Shown here: positions 38,376 through 50,809 of the stretch, one piece after another
Numbering within the stretch: the stretch's first letter is position 1
Layout of the letters: every line of letters starts with the position of its first letter
Assembly (NCBI GenBank): GCA_951406725.2
Contig: OX597815.1
Location: 93,992,001-94,056,000 of the forward strand
Length of the DNA: 64,000 nucleotides
Source of the DNA: Octopus vulgaris
Taxonomy: Eukaryota
Reading direction: 5' to 3'
Notes under the pieces: generated by a model
Seen by the model: only the letters and a program-made list of their open reading frames with translations
Told to the model about the DNA's origin: nothing
Database searches by the model: none
Made by a program: the position numbers and the translations under genes

Positions 38376-40502
38376 TACTACTACTAATAAAAGTATAGCA
38401 TCCAATTCCTAAAGTATTCTTACTCAAAACAATTTTGTGGGATAACCATAAAAATCTAGTTTCAAATCTCAGTTGCAAGTCATATTTTATTAAAAGCCTT
38501 ACAGAATGGAATGGGCCTCATAACACTATCTATTTACACTCTAATAAATCTACAGTATCATGATAACTAAGGCATCCATCCTTGAGCTTAATGTTCAGAA
38601 CTAGTATTAACATTACATTTCAGAGGAAAGGCAGTAAGCTGACAGTGCTTAAGTGCTTAGTGACATTTCATGTGTTCTGAGTTCAAATTCTGCCAAAGTT
38701 ACTTTGCCTTTCATCATTTTAGGATTAATAAAATAGTACCAGTTGAACACTGGAGCCAATATAATTAATGTGCCTTCTCCCCTGAAATTGCTGGCCTTAT
38801 GCTAATATTTCAGAGGAATGGATTAGCATAATCATAAGAGCATTAGATAAAATGTCTTGTGGTCTTTAGTGACAACGTTTGATGTTTTGAGTTCATACCT
38901 TACTGAAGTTAATCTTGCTTTTCAGCTTTCCAGTGTTGAGAAAAAGTATTAGAAAATACTGAGGTTGATATAACATCTCTTCCTCAAATTTGAGCCCTGG
39001 TGCCTATGCTAGAGGTCAATATTATATATAAAAAACAAACAAAATACATCAGAAATAACTGAAGCTAGTCAGTGATGTGAATTTGAATAAATATATGACT
39101 GTTATATTGAACACAGCAAAGTAAAATTGATTTAATGTTATGTGGTTAAAAGACTCAGGTCTCAACCATGTGGTTTCGGGTAGTAGCACAGCACAACTCT
39201 GGATTGACCAAAGCCTTGCAAGAACATCAATAAGAATGTGAAAGAAGCCCAGCACGAGCAAGTGCGTGTGTGCACGCATGCATGTTTGTGCTTATCCGAA
39301 AAATCACTCAGCTATAGGCAGTGATGTTGCTGTAATTTTCCCAATCAATGGGTTATCTGCTGGTTTTGAAGATGTGTGAAATAAGATATTTCTTATTTGA
39401 AAAGTAGATAAGAGTTAGTGACGAGAAGCCCATCCAGCTGTAAAACAATACCACAATGAACCATGTGGTTGGGAAGCAAATTTCTCAACACACAGCCATG
39501 CCTACACCCATGTTGAGAAGATCTAATTACATGAAACCCGTCTATAATTGCCCTTTACTAGCATACAAAGGAAAGACTTTCCTTTAACCATTTCAATTCC
39601 CTTTGTGAGATTAAGTCTAAACTTTTCAAATAATCCTAACTGCAGCATCTTTAAAGGACCCATTGGCTACTGAAGTCTTAAATGCATATCACTGGGGAAG
39701 GAGGGATAGTTACAGGCTGGAACATCTTTGACTACAGGCATGCTTGATCATGGTTGATCCTGAGGGTCAAATAATGGTTACCTCAAAGTGTAACTTGGCA
39801 CTAGACATAAAATACTGGATATGTGTGTTAAGATTTATTTTTCCATTAAAATCATTTTAAATGTCAAACTGTGGCTATACAAAGCAATCAATACCTATCA
39901 CAAGGTAAAACATAAATCTACTTAATTAGGAAAGTGTTTTGCAGTAATCAGTTTAATTTTCCTTTTGACTTTTTCACTATAGTATTTTAAAACAAAAACT
40001 ACTTGGAAATCTCACACCAATATGGAAGGCTTTATTTACATGATCTTCCAACCTATTAGAAACAGCAGCCAAGTCCTCTTCAAATCACACACAACCAACA
40101 TAAAAAAGAAAAAAAAAAAGACATTTTGGATAATGTAGCCAAGAGTACAAATTGTCTGAAAAAATATGGAATGGTCACAACTGAAATACCACTGACCATA
40201 GGTCTGCTTGATCAGGATTAACCTAATGTTAAACACCATTACTGCTACTAGTTATAAAACTTTTATATTTTTCTAATTCTTGTTAGTCATTTTAATTTTA
40301 TATATCAATTGACCTGAGATTGATAAATGTTGACATGTATATATATATATATATATATCTTCTATACTTCTCCCTTAGTTTTACTTGCACCCCCACACAC
40401 ACATTTATCGTCTCAGTGTTCTGGAAAGTGAAGTTTATGAAGATTGCAAAAAAGCAAGGATATAACACCATATTTAACAAAATCTAGATAGTTTTCAACA
40501 TT

Positions 40503-40646
40503 TTAACCCTTTAACATTCAGATTACTTTCTCATATGCAATGTGACATTGTAGAGTTGGTGTGAGAGACTTGAACTGGCCACTTTGAACATAAAACAGAT
40601 TAAATATTTGGGCTGGACATGGCTGGTTTAAATGCTAAAGGGCTAA
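40503..40646 (+). mobile_element. piggyBac-like MITE family A, copy 5 (internally deleted)
   Basis: Both termini present; about 80 bp of internal sequence missing relative to copy 3. Confidence 0.8.
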
Positions 40647-42694
40647 ATTTGTCCTGTACTCTAGCAAAGAAAAAAAAAACATACCAATACTAAGACTAAG
40701 AGGTGTAATATCTTGTAAATCAAATACTGTTTCCAGCAGCAGCTAGTCCACAAAAGAAATACTACGTGGAACATTCAGAGTAGGAGAAAACTAACTGTAT
40801 AAGAACAGCAGCAGTAACAACCATGGTAACTAGAGGGGGAAATCTGTCTCCAAAAACCTTCCTGTTCAACTCAGAAGACAAACTATTTTCTGTCAGGCTT
40901 TGTTTTGAAAGAAAATGACATGTCTTAAAGTAATCAGTTTAAACATTGAGAAGTAAGGTTTCTTGCATGATGTGCACTGAATGAAGCCAGAGACAACAGG
41001 AACTCCTGACAAATATAAAGATAGGTCTTCTCAACAATAAACTTGTAAATACTAACTAAAAATATTGTGCACAAAACCTCATAATCAAAACTCATTTTAA
41101 TTAGGAATATGCCCAAAAGCATTACACAAATCTTTTTACCAATAAAAAGAAATTCTTTTTGTCTATTTCTAAAAGAGAGAAATATTTTTCAATCATTGAC
41201 CAGCATGGAACATGGATGTTAAAAGATGATGATGATAGTGTAAAGTTTCAGTTATACAAAAATCTAAAGCAATGTTAAGTGCTTCTTGCTGCTAGTATTA
41301 AATATTAATTCCTTAATCAGCAAGAAAAAAATCCTGCTGCTATATATAGGGAAATATCAAATAACACTTTTAATGCCAGATTAATAATCTATTTCAAACT
41401 AATCCTAAAAAACAAATTCCATAGAAAGAAAAGTAAAAAAATTTAAAATTTAGTCTTAATTGTAAACCATCTGTATCATGATTTTCAGCCTAGTGAAACA
41501 ATGTAAGTGTGTGTGTGTGCGTGCACATGCAGTAAAAAAAGTCTTTATAAATATAATTCTGTAACCCTAAGCCTGTTCTGAAATGAGCAGACAGACATGA
41601 GTAAAGGCATTCCAGCCTTTTATTAAGATATAAGTGTATTTAGGAAAACCTCAAATTATACTTATTGAAATTGGTAGATTCTAATTTAAAGGAGGTTTAG
41701 TTGTTACTTTTAGCACACTGAATGATTCATGTAAGCCAACTTGATGTGCATAGTAACTATAATTTCTACATACATAAGCATGTGTGGGTGGATGAGTGCG
41801 TGCATTAACTAGGATAAAACATATGATATTAAGACCAAAGATTTTATTACAACTTCCTCCAAGTACTGCAATTCATTCCTTTTCTTTTTTTTTTACAGCA
41901 TTCTTCTGTCACCAGACAAGAAAAAAAAAAAATTTTTTTTTTGAGAGTTGCTATACACAATCTTAAAATTTGGATTGAATATCCTAGATAGTATATACGC
42001 ATTCATATTAAAAGTCTTCCACCCCAAAACCCTTTTGTATTTGTTAAAAATGATATTCCCTTGAGAGATACTCATCTAAAGATTAAGGAAGTAGAGAATG
42101 TCACACGGGTAACTCTACTAAACACGATTCTCAGTCTGTCAGTAAGGAGGAGATGGTGTGTAACACAGTTAAAATCTAAAATAACACATTAGCTAATACA
42201 AAAAGACAACTAAAAGAAGGAAAGAAAAACATGTCAGTTTAGCTTCAATTTTTTTCTGGTTCTTGTGACCATGTAGAGGGCGCTGCCTTTAATAATTTAA
42301 GCCAATCTATATACATATTAGTTTGATTCCCAGTGATACATTTTGTCTTTGAGCAAGAGACTTTACTTCATGTTGCTCCAGTCCACTCAGCTGGCAAAAG
42401 TGAGTTATACATGTAATTCAAAGGGCTAGCTTTGTCAGATTCTGTGCCTCTGAATCTCCCTGAGAACTACATCAGGGGTATGCATGTCTGTGACATGCTC
42501 AGCCACTTGCATGTTAATTTCATGAACAGGCTGTCTTGTTGATCAGATCAACTGGAAAACTCATCATCATAATTGATGGTGTGCCAGTTTTTGATCATCA
42601 TCATCATCATAATTTAACATCCGTTCTATTTATCAAGTCATTAAGTTTTTGTTTTTAACATAAATGGATGCAGATCGACACGTGCATGTGTGTA

Positions 42695-42745
<51 letters not shown>

Positions 42746-43019
42746 TATTACACTTAGGCATTGCAAGACTAATATTGTTTCCCTGTGTCATCTCTTTTTT
42801 ATTACCACTCTATACTCATCCAACACTTTGTATGTATGTCTATATATATATTGTTTGTTTTTATGATCAGCTATAATAAAAACAATTTTACATTAACCTG
42901 ATGAGTTACTTCATACTTTTCTAGAGGACAAATTTATCATACTTATACAAGAATGTTGTTGATAGTGACTTCAAAGTTTCAGCAAGCTAAGCCATTGTTA
43001 GGACTGCAATGCATTAGAA

Positions 43020-43640
43020 ATTAATCTTGCCTTCGTATAGTCTCTGAGTTAAAGTCATCTTTGAGTGTGTGGGTTTGAGTGGGGTAGCAATTATGTTTTT
43101 TACAGAAAGGGGTTTTGAAAAAAAAAATTAATTGATAAAATTTGGGTTTAAGTTATTGTTTAGAATTCATGCATGAAGAACTGTTTCTTTTTTTTGTTAG
43201 GTAGGCATGAGGTGTGACAGTATTTTTGTTGCTTTTGGTACTACTAGATTTAATCCTTTTGCTTTGACAATGTAAAGATCCAATGATACAATGTCCAGTA
43301 TGCAGGTAGGTAGTAAGTAGGCTGGTCATTTCTTTACTTGTTAGAGTGTTTCTTGTTTTCATTTGCAAGGTTGGGATTATTAGTCAGCTATGTCATGGCT
43401 TTGTTAGTATAGAAGGTTGTTTCTCTCATGCTTTGATGATCACAAAAGTATTTGAGTAAAAGTTGTATGTTTCTGTTTCTCTAGGTGAAATTTGATTAGT
43501 ATATAGGGATTTTACACTTTCTGTTTTGTGGAGGTAGAGTTTGTTTGGTGTTTATAAAATTTCTTCAAATTTTGTTTTAGATATATGCAACTTAAAATTT
43601 TGTAGGCTTGTCAGGGTGGGTCGCAGTGTTAGAAATGACA
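43020..43640 (-). mobile_element. Possible very decayed Penelope-like retroelement RT fragment
   Basis: Minus strand reads VKSLYTN near 43496-43516 (compare DVxSLYTNI), then YLHTGHCIIGSL..KRI. Weak. Confidence 0.35.
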
Positions 43641-45329
43641 TTGAAATTTCAACAACATCAAAATCCATCAAGAAAGATATCTCAATCTGAATTTCTAAGA
43701 ACGCATAGCTGGACAAGAAACTGGTGGGAACTCACTGCCTGGATGCTATTTAAAAGAATTTTAATGACATCAGATCAATGGCTGACAAGGCAGTGTGTGT
43801 GTATGTGTGTGTGCCAGCTGTATGAGTACTAGGATGTGTATGTCTGATGTGGGTGAGGGCCGATGGCATCAGCTTCATGGTGCCTATGTTCATGTTAGTG
43901 AGTGTATATCAGCCATGCTTGGGTACATGGATGTGTGTGTCAGTTGCATGTATATCAGTTGTGTGTGTGTGTGTGTGTGTTTGCAAATACATGTGTTAGT
44001 GTTTGCTGTATGTGTGTATGAACTTGTTCATGTTTATCTGAATGGATGCATATGAGCATGACTGGTAAATGCTAACACAGTAGAAACAGTGCTATGGTGG
44101 GGAGGGGGATAATCAGATTTGGTGTTGGACTGAGGTCTGGTGATGTTAGAGCAAAAGAAAGAGAAAAAGCATACATATAGATTGTGTGTGTCTGTGCATG
44201 CGCACACCCATGTATATGATGACAATCGTAAGAGGTTACAGAAAATGCATAAAGCTGGAAAGTCAGCCCAAGGTCTGCACAAGTATTGGTGGTTAAGGGC
44301 CAAATCAAACTAATTTTTTTAAAATATGTAACTTCTACTAAATGTGATGAGTGCCTTTTTCATTTGTCTACTCACTCACTCATAAATATTTACTTATGTA
44401 CAATGCAGCAAATTCAATACCAACTATGAAGGATCAAAATTAAGGCCAGCATTACACTCAAGAGTAAAACAAGAAGGATAAAATATTCAGGTATCTCCTG
44501 CATTAACTCAGTTTACAGAATTCCATACTTACAGAAATTTTCAAGTTTGATGGCTAATTTCAGTATACAGTCTGTAATTTTCCCCTTAGACAAAAAACTT
44601 GAGTAAATTTTGAAAGTTAAAATCATGATACATATTTTCTTTCTGTTTTTAATACCTTGCCAATACCTATATCTTTCCTACTATGACCCACTACATAGTT
44701 TGTGCTTGTATTATAACTGACCTTGAGTTTCCCTGATTTCATCATACACAACATGTAATTACTCTCTTCTTAGTATCTCCTCATCTTGTTTATGCAAGCA
44801 CCAATTAATTCAACAGGCCTGGGCTTTGTGCCTAGCTGTAATCCCCCAGCTTCATTCTCTAAACACCTTTCAGTTTCTAATTTTTGCTTCAAAAGCAAAA
44901 GTACAACTAGTTTCTGATGTTCAAACCACTTCCTTCCCAGGATTCTATTATTTTACTACATAGTATGGATTTTTAGTTTATCACATCTGCTGTTGGATTA
45001 ACAGAAAAAAAAAATTCTGGCTCATAAGACTGGTTTCCTGGATTCCACCCCTGGACAGGAAATCAATCTGTTGCAGGGTTACTCATTTTGCCAGTTCAAT
45101 AGACTGGAGCAATGTTAAATTGTTTTGCCAAATCCAGGAATTCAAACCACAACTTAATGATCACGAGTACAACATCCTAAATGCATGCCTTCAAGCTGTT
45201 GGATTTAATCACCAACAGAATAGATTACCCTTATTCTTGATTTGAACCAAGTAGTACAAAGAAGAATCAAAGGGATTATGCTAGACATTAAACTAAGCTT
45301 AAAAAAGGTTTGATCCGGGAGAAATACTC

Positions 45330-46400
45330 AGCCATTGTGATAAACAAAGCTGGCAACATTAGCAATAGGAATAACTAATAAGATAAAACTAGGTCAAGTG
45401 CTCAAACAGCTACTCTATTAAATGCTTGGATTGTTTTTTCATAGATCTGAAGAGACACTTCAAATGGGATGGTTCTTGAAAGTGTTAATCAGTGATGAGA
45501 TGGGATAGGATGGGACAAAATTATCTGGTGGTCATTCAAACAAAAGTTAAAAGTTTGTTAATCTGCAGTAAGTAGAAATGTGTAACTTTTGATGCAAAAT
45601 CTTTTCATGCTAGTAAAAGCTGGTCTGAAAGGTTTAAGTTTGAATCTTATTTTGCACAATATTAAAATGATTGATGAGTTAGTTGTCATTGCAAATTAGA
45701 GGCTGCTACTAATTATCCCAAAGAACTGAAGAAAATTATTGCTGAAAGAGGCTATACACCCGAACAAGTGCACAATGTTGATGAAACTGGGCTTTCTTGA
45801 AAGAGCATGGGCCTTTTTTGACCTGATGTAGAATAGGTCAGTGATAAATATAGTTCCAACAAAACATTACTTCTTTTAGGCAATGTACAAGCCCCACCAG
45901 TGAAATAAAATCTTTCTGATGTGATAGTTCAATAAAATCTCCAAGGCATCTGGAAAAAGTTCAACATTATGACTGCAGTGGAAAACAAGTCATGGGATGA
46001 TGTGGAATCCTCAGCTATAATTGGCTTTTGATAAAACATATGGCCACACTGTACTAGTGATATAGATTTTCCACCAATAGAAATTTGACATCAAGTTTGG
46101 CAAGATATTGTGACAACAGAAATTGTGGATGATGATATGGATGAATTGTTACAATCCCATTGAGAAAGTTTGCCAAATGAGGAGTTGATGTTTGTAAAAA
46201 GAAGAGCAAACTGAAAAGAGTACAGAAGCTCTACATACACCATTACAGTTCGCTGCAAAAATTATTGGCTAAAGAATTTACACTTCAAAGGCTTGAAAAT
46301 CTTTGTTGCTAATGACATCAATAGTGAAAGTAGCAAAAATAAGATGAACAAGAGTAATTCTTGCAGTGAGTGTTACAAGAGATGGAATGCAATACGTTTC
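45330..46400 (+). mobile_element. Decayed Tigger/pogo (Tc1-mariner superfamily) transposase
   Basis: FHASKSWSERFK (end of CENP-B-type HTH), EAATNYPKELKKIIAERGYTPEQVHNVDETGL (first catalytic D), FNIMTAVEN..SWDDV and DDDMDELLQSH..NEEL. Many stops and frameshifts; TIRs not identified. Confidence 0.9.
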
Positions 46401-48633
46401 TAAAAAATTTGGATATATTCTTCATCTTACAGGGCAGAAGTACTCTCTTACTCCAAGTAACTCCCATTACATCATTTGTGGTGAATAGGCACTGTACTGC
46501 AATATTACTGTATTCTTATTCTCCAGTATAGACTTTCTGAATGTTTTTTTTTTTCACATATACAGACTGAACTATTAAGAAATTGATCTTTCCATGCATC
46601 AAATATCAATTTTTAAAACACACACAGTTGCAATGCGTTTTTTTTTTTTAGACCCCCCCCCCTCAAAAAAAAAAAAAAAAAAAACAATCTCTCAGAACAC
46701 CAATTTATATGGAAATCAATAGTAGAATGTTTCATGTTGTGGAAAACCATAACATAACTGATTTTAAGGGCAGGGAGAGAGAAAAAAAGGAGTCATATTT
46801 ACGCGTAAACAAAGTATATGCTCTCGCCCACTTACACTTAGATAACAGGCTTCTACAATTTCCAGATATCAAATTCCATTTACAAGGCTTTGTAAATCCA
46901 AAGCTACAACAGAAGACACTTTCCTAATTTGTTGCACAATGGGAACCAGGAACTGTATGGTCAAGAAGCAAACTTCTTAACCACACAGGTAATGTTTGCA
47001 TTTTAAATTTAGAAAACTGCTTCAGATTAAAGGGTTACTGCACAGACTTGAGCCAACAAATCAGCTTACTATAGAGTCACTTGATCTGACAAAGGGAAAC
47101 CATCTTTTTTACTTGTTTCAGTCATTTGACTGCAGCCATGCTGGGGCACAGACTTGAAAATAGAAACAAAGCCCCAAAAAAACTACCCATCTTAAGTGAA
47201 GGACATTTTAGATAATGTAGTCCTCATACTTTGAAGGGATAAAAAAAAAGAAAAATCCAGTAAGATCATGATTTATGACTGGAATATCTGATCATTAAAG
47301 CTTAAACATCCTACACCCATTTCATTTTTTTAATAACTTGATCCTTTTATGTGTGTGTGTGTGTTGGGAAGTGTCATTAAATTAAATACTAATGAAATAC
47401 AGGGGTCAATAAAATCAACCTAAATGTATCCATATTGTAAAATAGCAAGAGCAACATCCTTTGATCCCAAAATTAAAAAAAAAACTTATTAGATTAAGGG
47501 ATTATAGCAATATAGAACAGTAATCACATAAGTCACACAAGAATGTTGAATAGAGTAATACAAAAAACTAATTTGCCCTCTACTTAAGACATGGTTTAAT
47601 CAGAGCTTATATTTTTGAAGATGAAAGATAGTACCTAATACACAACATACAAAGTTCAAGTTTCACTATGAAATCTTTTAGGTAACTGAAAGATAACAGA
47701 GTGTAAAATTCAAGTAGTGGCCAAATCTTCTTCAGTTTTATGTATGTTGTATAGATAGGTACATTTGCATATCCTACAATTCTGTTATAGCAGCTCATGT
47801 CAGGTGATGTCAAGCAGGAACAACAACAACATACCGGTTCACTTCTTTGTTGCTATAACATTTGAAACATGCTGACACACAAGTACATGATATAACCTTT
47901 CAGTAAATGAAATACACAACCCAGTTTCCAATTCCTTGTCATAGAAATTTTATTTCATGCTGCTGATACTGTTAGGAAAGGCATTAACATCACAGCTGCC
48001 AATTTCTTCTTCAAACATCAATGGAACCAAGTGTGTATACATAGACACATCACTGATAAACAGCTATTACAACAGTGCAGAACAAATATACTTTAATTCA
48101 TTAATATCCATTTTAATATCTTTTCCTATGTTGGCATGAATAGGACAAGACTATTGAAGATTTTCAATCTTACATCCATATTTTTTTTTATAAGGTTCAG
48201 CATTCAGAGATCTAACTTTACTTGTTCTCCTGCCTTTCTGTATTTTCTTTGAAAAAAAAAAAAAAACCTCAGAGCTTCTACAGTCTAAAAACAGCAGGTA
48301 AATTTTCATCAAACCACAACTTAAAAGAGGAAGAATACAAGCAATATGTGTCTACCACAAGTACATAAAAAAAAAACCCATCCCAGAAGGGCTGAGCCAA
48401 GGCTAAATAAAACGGGTTTTTGTCAGACATGTTATGTACTGTTAAATACTGATATCTATTATGTCCAACCTCTCTTCAGTTTTTTCACCTTGATCAAGGT
48501 CAACATTACACACATACCAGACTCATTTTCTCGGTAGCTTTTGCAAATCTTATACATTCCATTTTTCAATGATGTGTGTATTTTTATACAATATATATGC
48601 ATTTACACTAATGCACAACAAATATAGCCTTAC

Positions 48634-48819
48634 CTGTGTCTAAGCCGATGAGAGTTTTATCCTGGTCTATCCAAATGGCATCGTCAATACCAGCCTCCAA
48701 TTGTACACCAGCAGTACACTTTTCAACATCAGGTCCATGTTCCGCTATTTCATAGAACCACAAAGAACCATACCAATAGCGACCAGTCAGGCTAGAAGCA
48801 CCCAACAAAATCCCACCTT
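48634..48819 (-). CDS. WDR77: WDR77/MEP50 (methylosome protein 50) internal coding exon, equivalent to vertebrate exon 2
   Basis: Translates (E)GGILLGASSLTGRYWYGSLWFYEIAEHGPDVEKCTAGVQLEAGIDDAIWIDQDKTLIGLDT(G), matching the recalled MEP50 motifs LLGASSLxGRxWxGSLW and CxAGVQxEAG. Acceptor ttgctttgcag, donor G|gtaagg, 186 nt, phase 1/1. Confidence 0.95.
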
Positions 48820-50007
48820 CTGCAAAGCAAATAAAAATAATTAAAATTAAATTATTTAAAAAATGTTTCAAGCAAAATTGGTTAAAGAGTTTTAATCCTT
48901 TTAAAAATTATTAAGTTCTACCATTACACTTTAAAAGGCAATATCATAAATTTCCAAGTTTGTTTCCATATAATTGCTTAGGCCTGCAAGTTAAATTGCT
49001 GACTTGTCTCCAAGGATATTTACTAAGATTTTCAATGGTGCCCTGATCATAATTCGATTGTAGGTGATCTATGTTGTTTTTCTCTCATTCTTGTCTCAGC
49101 TGGTCACACAGTCTTGTATTTTTGAGCATTCACACGTATGCATTTACTTGAATATTTGTCAATAGAAAGGTCTGCATGTGATTAACAGATGTAAAAGTAA
49201 GAAAACAGACATCATCTACAATCAAATGTGATTGTCAAATACCAAGATAACAGGAGATGATTTGTTTCTTTCAACCCACAAAATAATCTAGAGCTAACAG
49301 ATAAGGATTTATAGTGTTTTCACAATGAGCAGTGTTTGCTATATGACAGTTTTATCATATAGCAAACATTGTTGCTGTGACAAAAATATATTAGTGTCAT
49401 CCGAACATGCTTCAAGAGAACACTTGAACTTTTATAATGGGGAATTTATTCTCAAGTTTAACATACCACAAATATCCATATTAAGAACTAAATTAAAAAC
49501 CATAAATACCAAACCTGCTTCCATGAGATATCAGATCAATTCCACAACCATTTACACTCAGTAGTCAATAACCCATAGTCCTGACATTCAAAGATGAAGA
49601 AACAGTCTGTATTTCAAATTTATGAAAACTGAACAGCCTCCTAATTTTGAGTCCATATCCAAGTGGAATATTTTTTTTATTATTGTACAAATTTGAGAAG
49701 GTTGACTTTGCTTTTCTACTTTCCATGATTGGCTGGACCATCTTTGATCAATGGTCTGTATGATCAGGGCTGACCTGGTGTTAAACCACAGCCTGTCTTG
49801 TCATATCAACTGCTGATCACCCAAACTACTTTTCCTCCCAAAACTTTGGCACTCCTCCCTTCCTACATACTATCTATAGGCATTAACCTAAAATGAACTA
49901 CACTGGTTCTGCAACAGTTTGCAACTATGTGATTCGTCTGAATGCATGCCAACTTGGATAAGTACTTTTCAACTTCAGCCTTGGGATGGCCAATCTGTCT
50001 ATCTCTA

Positions 50008-50809
50008 TCTCTATTATATATATAAACGGCAGTTTGTCTGTCTGTGTGTCTGTCAGGTTGTACCCTCACCCTGACCACGGCTTTCAACCGATTCTGATGA
50101 AACTTGACACACACATAGCCCAATGTCATAATTCAAAACTAACGCAGCGAAAATTTTGAAAAGTTCCCCCAGTTCTGAAAAAAATTGATAAATTCAACAT
50201 GGGGGGTCGAGAATCTAAGCGTTTATATGCAACATATTTTCTGTTGTAGTTTTCGCAACTTGCAATCGATTTTCACCAAACTCATGGTGAAGCTTAATGT
50301 TACCCTAAGAAACTTAATTCTGACGTTAGTTTTCCATGCAATACCTTACCATCAGAAAAAATCGATAAAATCATGCCATTTTTGGAAATCGCGTTCAAAT
50401 TCAAGATGACATATTTTCGACAACATCTTTCACAAATTGGCAGGAATTTTTTTTAAAATTCACAGCGAGCATCATGTCTGCTTCAAGGAGCTATATGGCC
50501 CTTTTTATTCCAACAGGATACTTTATTACTGGAAAAAAATCGGTTAATTAAATCATATGTGGCACACATAGCAAACTGATTTGTGTATTAAACACAAATC
50601 ACAGACTGTCTAGGGGACGCAACTCAACCTTTTTATCGCCCAAAGGGACAGCTAGGAACATTCGTATACGCAGAAGTATTCGAGTGAAGAGAAGACATTG
50701 CAACCTACACATTGGCCTTCGTTCCCTAGAGGGAAAGGACTAGATTGGGATTAGTTGTTGCCTACTAGGGGCTCTTACATACCCGGGCAACGCCGGGCTA
50801 TGCTGCTAG
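50008..50809 (+). mobile_element. Non-autonomous Helitron (Lep1/DINE-like architecture)
   Basis: A|TC start followed by TATATAT and (CTGT)-type repeats, ACCGATTCTGATGAAACTT motif, hairpin CCCGGGCAACGCCGGG, CTAG|T end. 5' start uncertain by ~15 bp. Confidence 0.88.

Noticed and set aside
43790-44310. Overlapping Cys/Val-rich ORFs
   Set aside because: Produced by degenerate (TG)n microsatellite sequence, not zinc fingers.
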